Shown piece by piece: positions 1-11,897 of a stretch of 64,000 bases of DNA. Each line of letters begins with the position of its first letter. Positions within the stretch are counted from its first letter, which is position 1. The DNA is from the human T2T-CHM13v2.0 reference genome, Homo sapiens, in NCBI RefSeq assembly GCF_009914755.1, contig NC_060925.1; one strand, written 5' to 3'. The notes below the pieces were generated by a model, which saw only the letters and a list, made by a program, of their open reading frames with translations, had not been told where the DNA came from and searched no databases. Made by a program: the position numbers and the translations under genes.

Positions 1-39
1 TTATTTTTTAACATATAACGTTTAAATATTTTAAAAATA

Positions 40-441
<402 letters not shown>

Positions 442-1879
442 TAATTTTTACTTTTCTTTTTCACATGGCCTTTTGCAAAACAAAACAAAACCAAACAAAA
501 TTCAATTTGATGAGATCCAATTTATCAAAATTTTCTTTCAATAATCATAAATTTGATGTGAAGTCTAAGAATTTTTTGCCTCATTCTAAATTCCCAATGT
601 GATCTATATTTCTTCGCTTACATTTTATATTTTTAAGTTTTATTTTAAGTCCATCATCCATTTTTAAGTTAATTATTGTATAACTTGTGATACTTAGATT
701 GAGGTTCTTCTCCACCACCCCATGCCAGCTATAGATGTCCAAATTGCTCCTATCCCACTCTCTGAAAATGGAATTTTATGCTAATAATTGCATCTGTTTG
801 AAAAATTACTTAAGCACATCCGTGCCAGTTTATTTCACTGTCCTCTATTTTGTTACATATGTATACCCGCCTATCTCTCTTTCAATGCCACACTGTATAG
901 ATTATTATAGGCATGTATTATAGTAAGCCTTAATAACTGGTGTTGTTATTCCTTCTATTTTATTAATCTTTGTTAAGATTGTTCTGGCTGTGCTAGAACC
1001 TGTAATTTCCCATATGCATTTTAAAATAAGCTTGTCTATGTCTAACAAAAGATTATGCTGGAATTTTGCTAAGACTTATGTTGTGTGTATATGTCTGTGT
1101 GTGTATACATATATATATATATACATATATATGATATTTATGGAGAATTGGCTTTATTACTATAATATACTGAGTCTTTAAATCCATGAACACAGTACAT
1201 TTCTCCATTTATTTACTTAATTTTAAAATTTCTTACATGAACATTTTGTAAATATAAATATATAGATCCTGTACTCATTTTAAGTTTATGCTTAAGAATT
1301 GCCTTCACTTTGTAGCAATAGTATTTTTTTTCAAATTTTGTTTTTTGGCATGTTCACTCAGTATATAGATCTGGAATATCTATAAGTATAGTAGTTTTTT
1401 TGGGGGGGGGATCCTTGTGATTTTCTATTTAGACAATCATGTAATCTACAAACTTGGACAGTTTTATTTCTTCTTTTCTGAGCTCTATGTATTTTATTAC
1501 TTTTTAATACCTTATTACAGTGAATAAAATTTACAGTAAGACATTGAATAAGAGTGGTGAAAGCAGGCATCCCTGTCTTTCTTTAATTTTCTGAGAAAGG
1601 CATGCAGTCCTTAACCATTAAGAATGATGTTACCACCCCAAAAAACAAACAAAAACAAAGCAAAACAAAAAACACAGATTGTTACCACCACCATCCCCCA
1701 CTCCCCGCCCCCAGAAAAAATGATGTTAGCTGCAGGCATTTTGTACGAACTATTTATCAAGATAATTTTCCTCTATTGTTATTTTACTGATACATTTTAA
1801 TATAAATTGCTGTTAGATTTTGCCAGATACTTTTCTGCCTCAATTGATATGATTGTATGACTTTTCTGTAGACTACTTA

Positions 1880-2120
1880 TGTGGAAGGGCAGAGTAATAC
1901 TCTTTACTCTTACCACATGGTCACTGAAGATGTCTATGACCTAATGCCTGAAAACTGTGATATGTATACATGGCAAAGGGGAATTACAGTTTCAGATGCA
2001 ACTAAGATTGCTCATCAGTTGATCTTAAAATACAGAGTATCCTGGATTATAATTATCAATCTACTATAATCACAAGGGTCATTAAATATGGAAGAAGGAG
2101 GTACAAGGAGAACCAGAGAA
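1880..2120 (+). mobile_element. MLT1 (MLT1C/D-like) MaLR LTR 5' fragment nested in the L1M
   Basis: 'tacatggcaaaggggaattacagtttcagatgcaactaagattgctcatcagttgatcttaaaat...tatcctggattat...taatcacaagggtc' is typical MLT1 LTR sequence. Confidence 0.75.
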
Positions 2121-3607
2121 CACTGGATTACATTGATTGATTTTCTACAGTTGAACCAAATTTGTATAGCTAAAATATATTCCAGTTGTTCATGATATTA
2201 ATATTATTTTCTTTACACAATGCTAGATACTGGCTTGCTAAAAGTTTATTGTGTTTTTTTGAATCAAACTTCATGAGAAATATTGTACTGCAGTTTCCTT
2301 TTTTTTGGTACTGTTGTCATTTGATTTTGGTATTAGATTAATTCTGTCTTCATAAAGTAAGTTTGGGACTATGTATCATCTGTTTTATGAAAACATTTGG
2401 AAAATTAGTTATATTTAATTAAATATTTTACATAATTTTTCAAAAGATCTAAAAATTTATTTGGGGAGAAGTTACTTAATCACAAGTTAAAGTTCTAGCA
2501 GAGTAATAATATGATTTACACTATTTCATCATAGCTGAGTTTTGCTACTTTGTATTTTTTGAGGAATGTATCTATTTCTTCTAAATTATTGAAGTTATAA
2601 GCATAAATTTATTCATGGATTCTCTGATGATTCCTTTAATTGCTGCAGGTTCTAGAGTGATATCCTCTATTTTATCACTGATATTCATGATTTGTTCCCT
2701 CTCTCTTTTTATTTGTGTCAATGTTGCCTGAGGTTTATCATTTTTATTAATTTTATTCCAGAGACAACTTTTCATTTTATTAATTTTCTCCATTGTTTTT
2801 AGTTTTCAATTTATTGGATATCTGCTTTTATATTAATTATTTTTTTCTTCTTCTCATGTTCAGTTTATTTTTCTCTTCCTTTCCTAGTTTGTGAAGTTGG
2901 ACATAACTTATTATCTTAGGTCTTATTTCCAATGTAAACATTTAGGTGCTTTAAAGTTTCCTCTCTGCACTGCTAAAGCTACATCCCATGTATCCTCATA
3001 CAGTTTTTTTCCTTTATTTCAGTTCTATTTCCTTTTCATTTTCCTTGAGATTTTTTTTTTTTTACTATCCATGGATTATTTAGAAGTGAGCTATTTATTT
3101 TCCATGTTTGTTGTGTTTATGTGATTGGTTTCTATTTAGAATACATTATGATCAGGGAACTCATTACATTTTATTTCCATTCTTTTACATGTGTTGAGAG
3201 TTTTTTGTGGACCAAAATATAGTTTATTTTGATGAACAATCCATAAAGTTTTACAAAAAATTGTATTCTGCCATTGGTGGGTGGATTGTCTTATATATGT
3301 CAACACATCTTGTTGATTGATTATCTGGTTCTGATGGCCTATATACTTGCTAATTTTCTGTGAAGTAATTAGTAATTATATCAATTGCCGAGAGAGTTAC
3401 TAACGTAACCAACTATAATTGTGCATGTGTTTTTATATTTCTCCATTTAGCTCTGTCAGATTTTGCTTCATGCAATTTGAGGCTGTTTGGATGCATACTG
3501 TAGTGTTGTTATGTTTTTTTAATGTTTTGATTATTTAATCATTATGTAATTTCCTTCTCGTTTCTATTAAATTTATTTGCTTTGAAGTTTACTTAATTGA
3601 ATATCAC

Positions 3608-4285
3608 CATAGTCTTTATCCATGGTTTTGCTTTCCATAGATTCAGTTACCTGCAGCAAATACAAATTCTAGAACTAAACAGTGTGTAAGTTTTAAAGTG
3701 CGTGCAATTCTATGTAGTAGAGTGAAGTCTCATGTTGTCTCATTTTCTCCCACCCAGGACATGAATCATTCCTTTGTCCAGAATGTCTATGCTTTATATG
3801 CTACCTGCCCATTAGTCACCAACACTGATGCCTCTGACATCTAACCAGCATAATCAGAACTCATTGACCCAGGATTATTTAAGGCAAATGATCCTCCTTC
3901 TAATATATTGTCAGAAGGCAATAGTAGTCTAACTCTCCATCATAATGCCTATGTCATTCACATTACTTCATCTCACCACTAGGCATTTTATCATCTCATA
4001 TCATCACAAGAAGGGTAAAAACAATATAGTAAGGTATTTTGAGAGAGAGGAAGAAAGAGAGAAAGACTACATTCACGTAACTTCTATTATGACATATCGT
4101 TAAAATTGTTATGTTTTATTACTATTTTTACCAATATCTTACTATGCCTAATTTATAAATTATACTTTATCATAGGCATGTACATGTTTAGAAAAAGAGG
4201 CAGTATATGCAGGGTTCAATATTACATGGTGTTTCAGCCATCCACTTGAGTCATTGAAATGTATCACCCATAAAGTAGACTACTG
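3608..4285. mobile_element. MER44-family (Tigger7-derived) non-autonomous DNA transposon
   Basis: Left end 'catagtctttatccatggttttgctttccatagattcagttacc' and right end 'gtagactactg|ta' resemble MER44 TIRs (cagtagtcc...). Internal 'ggacatgaatcattcctttgtccag' also matches. Confidence 0.75.
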
Positions 4286-7200
4286 TAATAAAGACACTCC
4301 TGTATTTTTATTAATGATTGTATTTTTCCCATCCTCTTTTTCTCAACCTATGTAATTAAATTTGAAATAGATTTCTAGTAAACAGCATTTAGTTACATCA
4401 CATTTTAAAACAAACTCTGTCAATGTCTGCCTTTTTGTTGATGTATTAAAACATTTACTTTTAAGGAAATTATTCATATAATATAGCCTAAATATGCCAA
4501 TATTTTTCTTTATTTAAATTTCTCTTTTTCTCTTTTCTTATCTCATACTATGTTACTTGGATATATTTTAGAATTTCCCCTTATTTATAGGGCTGTCAGT
4601 GTATCTTTTTGTACACTTTAATAGTTATTGTTCTACGTATGAAAGTAAATATACTTGACATCTATTGCTATCAACATTTTTCTTCCTTAGGTAGCCTATG
4701 GAAAAATTATTTTCATATGTCTCATTGCTTTGCCTGCTTTTAATTATCATTGTTTTGATTATTTGATAGTGTTATAATTTTTGTTTAAATCATCAAATAT
4801 TTTTTCAATTCATGAGGAAAAGGACATTCTACTGTATGTTTCTATATTTTCTCACTTTCCATTAGTCTGTTGCCGTTCCTTAGGTTCCAAGATTTCTTCT
4901 TCGATCATTTATCATGTTTGAAAATCTCCCTTTAGATTTTTTTTTAAGAGTACATCTGGTAGAAGATGGCCAACTGGATACAGCCAGGAAGTGCTGTTCC
5001 TACAGAGACCATGATTTCAAATACACCAACGAAATTTGAACAGACCTTTGTAGAGAAAATGCTGAATGTGAATGGAGAAAAAAAGACACAGATGCTGAAG
5101 CTGAAGAGGGAGGAAGCTGGGATATCTGTGTGAGGAGTCTGAATGCTAAGGCTGTTCTGACCCTGAAGGGCACCTGTGGATGGGGTGAGTGAAGGGACTG
5201 GGGCACTGCCTACTATTGCCGAGGGCCTCTGAGACTCTAGCTAGAGGAGACTCCACATACTCATGAACATGTGAGGTGGCAGGGGGATCGCCTCAGAGAT
5301 TAGACAGAGAGGGGGCTGCAGCAGGCATGGAGCTGGGGACCTTTAGGAGGAGTCAGTTCCAGTGGAGCCTGACCATAAGCACCTACCCTCCATGGCTGCC
5401 TGTTTCTCATGTCTCCTGCCTCTGAGACACTCTGATTGCAAGCTAACCACCAGGGAGAAATCAGGGCCTGCTTCTCCATGGGACTGGGACATGTCTGTCC
5501 TGCAGGCCTGCCTGCTTGCCAGTCTCAGGGCTCCTGCCTGGCCACCCCACAGAAGTGTGAATTGTACACTGCAGCTTCTCTTGCCCAGCCTAGGTACTTT
5601 GCTCTGTGTTAGTGTTTTCTGGCAGTCTGGGAGCCCTTTGGCTCCTCCAGCACACCCCAAACCCAATCCCAAGAGTCAGGAGGAGAGAGCCACAAGCAGG
5701 TGCTGGTGCTGCTGGGCTGTGGCCCACAGCTCAGGAATGCCAAGCCTGGGTCTGCCTGGCATTTGAATAGGAAAGGACCCTAAAAACTCAGAATACTGAC
5801 AGGAAGGATTTGCACAAGTTCACAAGCTGTTATGGGACCTAGTCATGCCTGCTTCTGTAGGGCTGGTCTGGAAAGGGTGTGGCCTGTTTCCTTACTGGAC
5901 CTCTCCCCAAGGGAGCCCTGCAACCTGTAAAGTTGAACAAGAACAACAACAACAAAAAAAATTATAGTCACAGTGTCAGACATCAGAGGTGGCTCTGGCA
6001 AGGCCTAGTAATAGACCTGATGAAGGAATCACTTCTCTCCAATTCACACTGCAGAACATAGCTGCCAACATGGTGATACACAAAGGAGCCAAGCAGCTGA
6101 GTAATAGTGTATCTACTGCTCATTGATCTCACGCACCATCCACTGGATTGTAGCCCAAACTACAACACCAAAAAAACACTGCTAATTCTCCCCCTGTAAA
6201 ACCAAGGGCAAGAATTCAACAACAAACAAAGAACTATACAGAGCCTTAACCCTCTGAAAACTTCCAGAAACAAAGCCAAGTAACTATATTCAATTTACAC
6301 CACTATTAAAGGAATACTAACCTTCCCAGATTTGAAATGATTATCATACGAATTCTTGCAATTCAAAAGGCCAGAGTGTGCCCTTACCTCCAAAGGAGCC
6401 CATTAGCTCTCCCGCAAGGGTTCTTAACATGTCTGAATTGTCTGAAAGAATAGACATAGAATTCAGAATCTGATGGCAAAGAAGCTCATTGAGATTCATG
6501 AAGAAGTTGAAACTCAATACAAAGAAGTCAAGCAATGTAGTAAAATAATTCAATAACTGAAAGATTAAATAGTCATTTTAACAAAGACCCAAACCGAACT
6601 AGAGCTAAATAATTCACTACAAAAATTTCATAATATAATCAGAAGTATTAGTAGCAGAATAGACCAAGCTGAGGAAAGAATCTCAAAGCTCAAAGACAAG
6701 TTCTTGGAATGAATTCAGTCAGACAAAAAGGAAGAAAAATAAATTAAGAAAAGTGAACAAAACCTCCAAGAAGTGTAGGATTATATAAAGAGACCAAATG
6801 TATGTTGCATTGGCATTCTTGATAGAGAAGGAGACAGAAAAAAAAACAAACTGAAAAATACACTGGGGACATAGTCCACAAAAATGTCCCTAATCATCCT
6901 AGAAAGGTTGTCATGCAATCCAAGAAATACAGAGAACCCCAGCCAGATACTAAAAAAGATGACCATACCCCAGGTACATAGTCATCAGATTCAGCAAGAT
7001 CAATGCAGAAGAAATAATGTTAAGGCAGCTAGAGTGAAGGTCAACTACAAAGGGAACCTCAGCGGGCTAGAGTCAAACCTCTCCACAGAAACCTTATATG
7101 CTAAAAGAGACTTGGAGCCTATTTTCAGCATTCTTGAAAAACTAAATTATTACCAAGAATTCCTAACCTGAGAAACTAAGCTTCACAAATGAAGGAGAAA

Positions 7201-7611
7201 TAAAAACCTTAAACAAACAAATGCTGAGGTAATACATGTCAACACTTCAAATGGCTGCTGAACAGCACCACAACCAAGTAGGCTTTATTCCTGGGATACA
7301 AGGCTGGTTTGACATACATGAATCGATAAAACTAATTCAACACATAAACAGAATTAAAATCAAAACCCATATTATCTTCTCAATAGATGCAGACAAAGCT
7401 TTTGATAAAATCCAACATTCCTTCATAATAAATGCCCTCAACCAACTAGGCATCAAAGGTACATACCTGAAAATAATGAGTTATCTATGAAAAACCCACA
7501 GCCAGCATAATCCTGAATGGACAAAAGCCCGAACAACTCCCCTTGAGAATTGGAACAAGACAAGGATGCCCACTCATATTCATCATATATTCTACTTACA
7601 TTCCACTTACA

Positions 7612-7650
7612 TATATCTATATCTATATCTATATCTATATCTATATCTAC
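7612..7650 (+). repeat. (TATATC)n microsatellite within L1 ORF2
   Basis: About 6 units read directly. Confidence 0.9.
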
Positions 7651-7953
7651 ATATATTCCACTTATATTCAACACAGTAATGGAAATCTTAGCCAGAGCAA
7701 TCAGGCAATAGAAACAAACATTAAAAAAAGGCACTGGAGAAGTCACTGATGATAGGATTCTACAACTAGAAAATCCTAAAAACTCAGACAAAAGGCTTCT
7801 AGAAATGATATACAACTTTAGTAAACTTTCAGGATAGAAAAATCAATGTGCAAAAATCCATAGCACTTCTATACTCAAACAAAATCCAGGCTGAGAGTGA
7901 AATCAAGAAAACCATCAGACTTAAAATAGACACAAAGAAAATGAAATACCCAG

Positions 7954-8377
7954 TGTCTTAGTAAGTTTTCACACTGCCATCAAGAAATACCCAAGACTGG
8001 GTAATTAATAAAGAAAAGAAGTTAAATTGGCTCACCATTCCACAGATTGTTCAGGAAGCATGGTGGCAACTGCTTCTAGGGAAGCCTCAGTGAGCTTTTA
8101 CTATTGGCAGAAAGAAAAATGGGAGCAGGCATCTTACATGACAGAAGCAGGACCAAGAGAAAAGAGCAAGGAGGGAGTGCTGCACACTTTTAAACAAACA
8201 GATCTCCTGAGAACTCACTCACTCACTCACTATCATGAGAACAGCACCAGGAGAAGGTGCTAAACCATTTATGAAGGTCCACCCACATGATCCAATCACC
8301 TCCCTCCAGGCTCCACCTGCAAGACTGGGGACATCTTGACATGAGATTTGGTGGGGACACAGATCCAAACCATATCA
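7954..8377 (-). mobile_element. MST (MSTA/MSTB-like) MaLR solo LTR inserted in L1 ORF2
   Basis: Starts 'tgtcttagt', ends 'gagatttggtggggacacagatccaaaccatatca'. 5 bp TSD cccag/cttag, each one change from the host L1 'cctag'. Confidence 0.9.
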
Positions 8378-10950
8378 CTTAGAAATACAGCTAACCAAGG
8401 AGGTGAAAAATCTCTACAAGGAGAACTGCAAAACACTGCTGAAAAAAAATCAGAGATGACAAAAATAAATGGATTAGAAGAATCAATATTATCAAAATGG
8501 CCATACTGCCCAAATCAACTACAGATTCAACACTATTTCTATCAAACTATCAACATCTTTCTTCACAGCATTAGAAAAAAAAGATTCTAAAATCTGAATA
8601 GCCAAAGCAATCCTAAACAAAAAGAACAAAGCCAGAGGCATCACACTATCTGACTTCCAAATATGCTATTAAGACACAGTAACCAAAACAGCTTGGTACT
8701 GGTTAAAAGAACAATAGAATGAAATACAAAACTCAGAAATAATAAATAGAGCTGCATACTTACAATCATTTGATATTTGATAAGACTGACAAAAACAAGA
8801 AGTGAGAAAGAACTCCCTATCGGATAAATGGTTCTGGGATAACTGGCTAACCATATGCTAAAAATTGAAGCTGGATTTCTACCTTTCACAATATACAAAA
8901 ATTTACTGAAAATAGATCAAAGATTTAAATGTAAGACCTCAAACAATATAAATCTTGGAAAACAACCTAAGAAATATTCTTCTCAACATCAAACTTTACA
9001 AATTATTTTTGGCTAAATCCTCAAAAACAATTGCAACCAAAACAAAAATAGGCAAGTGGGAACTAATTAAAGAGCTTCTGTATAGCAAAATAAACTGTCA
9101 TTAGAAAAACAGAAAACCTACAAAATGGGAGAAGATATTTGCAAACTATGCATCTGACAAAAGCCTAATATCCAGAATCTATAAGTAACTTAAAAAAATA
9201 AACTAGCAAAAATAAATAACCCATTAAAAAATAGACAAAAACATGACTGACGCTTCTCAAAATAAGACATACGAGCAGCCAACAAACATGAAAAAATGTT
9301 CAGCATCACTAATCATGAGAGAAACGGCAATCAAAACCACAATGGGATACCATCTCACATCAGTCAGAATGTCTACAATTTAAAAATCAAAAAACAACCA
9401 ATGCTGGTGAGGCTGCAGAGAAAAGGAAATGCTTATTAACTGTTGGTGGGAATGTAAATTAATCCAGTCACTGTGGAAAGCAGTCTGGAGATTTCCCAAA
9501 TAACTTACAACACAGCTACCATTTCTCCTAGCAATCCTATTACTGGGTATATGCCTGAAGGAAAATAAATTATTATACCAAAAAGACACATGCACTCATA
9601 CATTCACTGTTGCTCTGTTTGCAATAGCAAACAACAAGAAATCAACTAAGGTGCCCACCAATTAGAAATTGGATTTAAAAATGTGGTACATAGGTACCAT
9701 GGAATGCTATGTAGCCATAAAAAAGAATGAAACTATATCTTTTACAGCAACATGCATGGAGCTGGAGGTCGTCATCCTACATGCATTAATTCAGGAACAG
9801 AAAACCAAATACCACATGCTCTTACTTATAAGTGGGAGCTAAATACTGACCACACATAGACACACATAGACAGAATATAGGAAAAACAGACACTGCAGAA
9901 TACTAAAGGGTGGAGTTAGGGTGGAAGGGGGCTTGAAAAACTACCTATTGGGGTACCATGCTCACTGCCTTGGTGGTGGGACCCATACTCCATAGCTCAA
10001 CATCATACAATATTCCCATGTAAAAAACCTCCACATGTAGCCCTTGTATCTGTAATAAAAATTAAAATTAAAAGAATTCAAATTGAAAAGTGCATCTGCT
10101 AATAACAAATTCCTTTTATTTTCCTTTATCTGAAAAAATTTCAATGTCCCTTTTACTTCTGAAGGACATTTTTACAGATTATGTGGTTGACATTGCTTTA
10201 CTTTCAACATTTGAAAATTGTTGCTGGACTGCCTTCTGACTCATTAATTAATCTTTTGTCTGTCAGTTCTTTGCCAAGATATTTTTCAGTTCTTTTAAAA
10301 TAATTTATAATTGATTGTTGAAACATTTAGATGATAGCAGCTTTAAAATTCTTACCACATAATTCCAACATAAGATTTACCTTGATGTTGTCAGTTGAAT
10401 ATCTTTTCTCCTTCAAGTTGGGATTTTCGGATTCATGGTATATTGATGATGTTTTTATTGCATCCTAAACATTTTACCTATTATGTTAACAGACTGTAGG
10501 TCCTATTCAAATATTGTAAACAGGCTGTCATCTATTTCAGTTTAGCAGACAAATCTTGATTTGCTGTGTGTCCAATGACAGTGTAATATTCAGAACATTT
10601 GTAGTATTAATTTGGCTTGCCTGGTTATCTGATGCTTCCTCGGTTCCCATTGGTTTCTGCTGGTCCTGTTTGATGTGTGGAAATGGTTGTCTGGGTGAAA
10701 CCACTAGGTGTCTCTTGGTGAGGGAGGTGAGTGTCAGACCAGATAGTATATATACATGTCCCTGGCCAGGCACTTATTATGGTGGGTTGCTCTGTGCCTG
10801 TGGGGAAACAAAGAGCACACATTGGGTAGGTGCTTGTTGTGGTGGAATTCCCCTTACTGCTCCCCAGGACACCTTGATGTCCCTGAATGTGGGAAGGGAG
10901 GTCCCAGGCACCCAAAGACTCAGAGACTCACAGGAATGAGGCACTTGTGG

Positions 10951-11425
10951 TGAGGTTGGAACAGGAATTAAAAGAAGTTAAAGAATGTGTAAGCAAAAAC
11001 TCAGTTGTATGTAAGAAAAACCAATTCCCCCGAGGAAGAGAAAGAGCTGAAGTCTGTTTTCCTGTGGCTAGTGAGCCTTATCTCTCCCTTTCTCAGGCAT
11101 TGTGAAGACTCTGTTTCTCTAGCTGTGCAGCTGCAAGGCCACTAGACAGATAATCTCAAGTCATAAAACATGTTGTTCCTTGAGAAGTAAGAAATGATGT
11201 GATGCATGTCTTAATTGAATAACAGTCTTTTTTTCTCGCTTCTATAATATGCTTCCCCCTGCACAAATCTCCCCCTGCCCCACAAAATGCTTAAAAGGTA
11301 GCTTGACTCTTTTTTCGGGGCTCAGTCCTCTGGATGTTAATCTGACTGGGTTGGTGCACCTAAATAATTAAATAATTCCTCCTCAACCCCTCGGTCCCTC
11401 TGATTCCTTAATTATCCCACTGACA
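10951..11425 (+). mobile_element. ERV1 solo LTR, LTR15-like
   Basis: TG...CA termini; 'aacaggaattaaaagaagttaaagaatgtgtaagcaaaaactcagttgtatgtaagaaaa' and 'ggtgcacctaaataattaaataattcctcctcaacccctcgg'. Confidence 0.75.
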
Positions 11426-11897
11426 GGTCCCTTTAGAAGTTGTTATCCAGCTACCTTGGTGTTTCCTAGAGGGAAAAGAGAAGCTCAGCCCCACAGGAGC
11501 AAAGAGGCTTCATGGATAAACTTTCTTGTCATGGTATGATGCCCTTTGCCATTGCCAGTTGGTTAATCTGCTGTCTCTGGATAGAGAGGGAGTTTCATAT
11601 CTATAGGGACAAAGAAAGTACTCTGGTTAAGCATTTTGTTGTGGCAGAGTCCACCTCGCTAACTACCATGGCATCTGTTGAAGCAGAAGAAGAGTTTCAC
11701 ACCTGGTTGGGATAAAGAACACTTCCCCTGCTTAGTTATTGTTAGTGGGACTTCAGGTCCATCCCTCTTGCTGGTAGTTCCCTCTTGTCAGTGGAACTCC
11801 TGTCCTATTCAGGCTCCTGGGGGAGGAAGAGGTTGAGCCTACCTTGGCTGCCCCTGTTACTAGGTTGCTATTTAGGGAAAAAAGGTGTCTTGAATAT

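Larger units (their letters stand above)
4961..10085 (+). mobile_element. LINE-1 (L1PA15/16- or L1PB-like), 5'UTR to 3'UTR, with a large internal deletion
   Basis: 5' end 'aagatggccaactggatacagccaggaag'. ORF1 remnant ~6340-7235. ORF2 remnants (7236..7490 [15 protein letters not shown]...[14 protein letters not shown]). 3'UTR 'aaaaactacctattggggtaccatgctcactgcc', A-rich tail. Degenerate TSD aagagtacatctggt (4946-4960) / aaaagtgcatctgct (10086-10100), 12/15 identical. Confidence 0.9.

Noticed and set aside
5343-5766. Overlapping 134 aa and 109 aa ORFs
   Set aside because: They lie in the GC-richer L1 5'UTR, where stop codons are rarer, and show no recognisable domain.
7228-7265. GT...AG at the L1 deletion junction suggesting a spliced L1
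   Set aside because: The GT and AG are retained in the DNA, whereas splicing would have removed them, and the interval is too short for an intron.
10537-11105. Cluster of 65-127 aa ORFs
   Set aside because: They span the presumed old L1 5' region and the LTR15-like start; no homology or splice support is visible.
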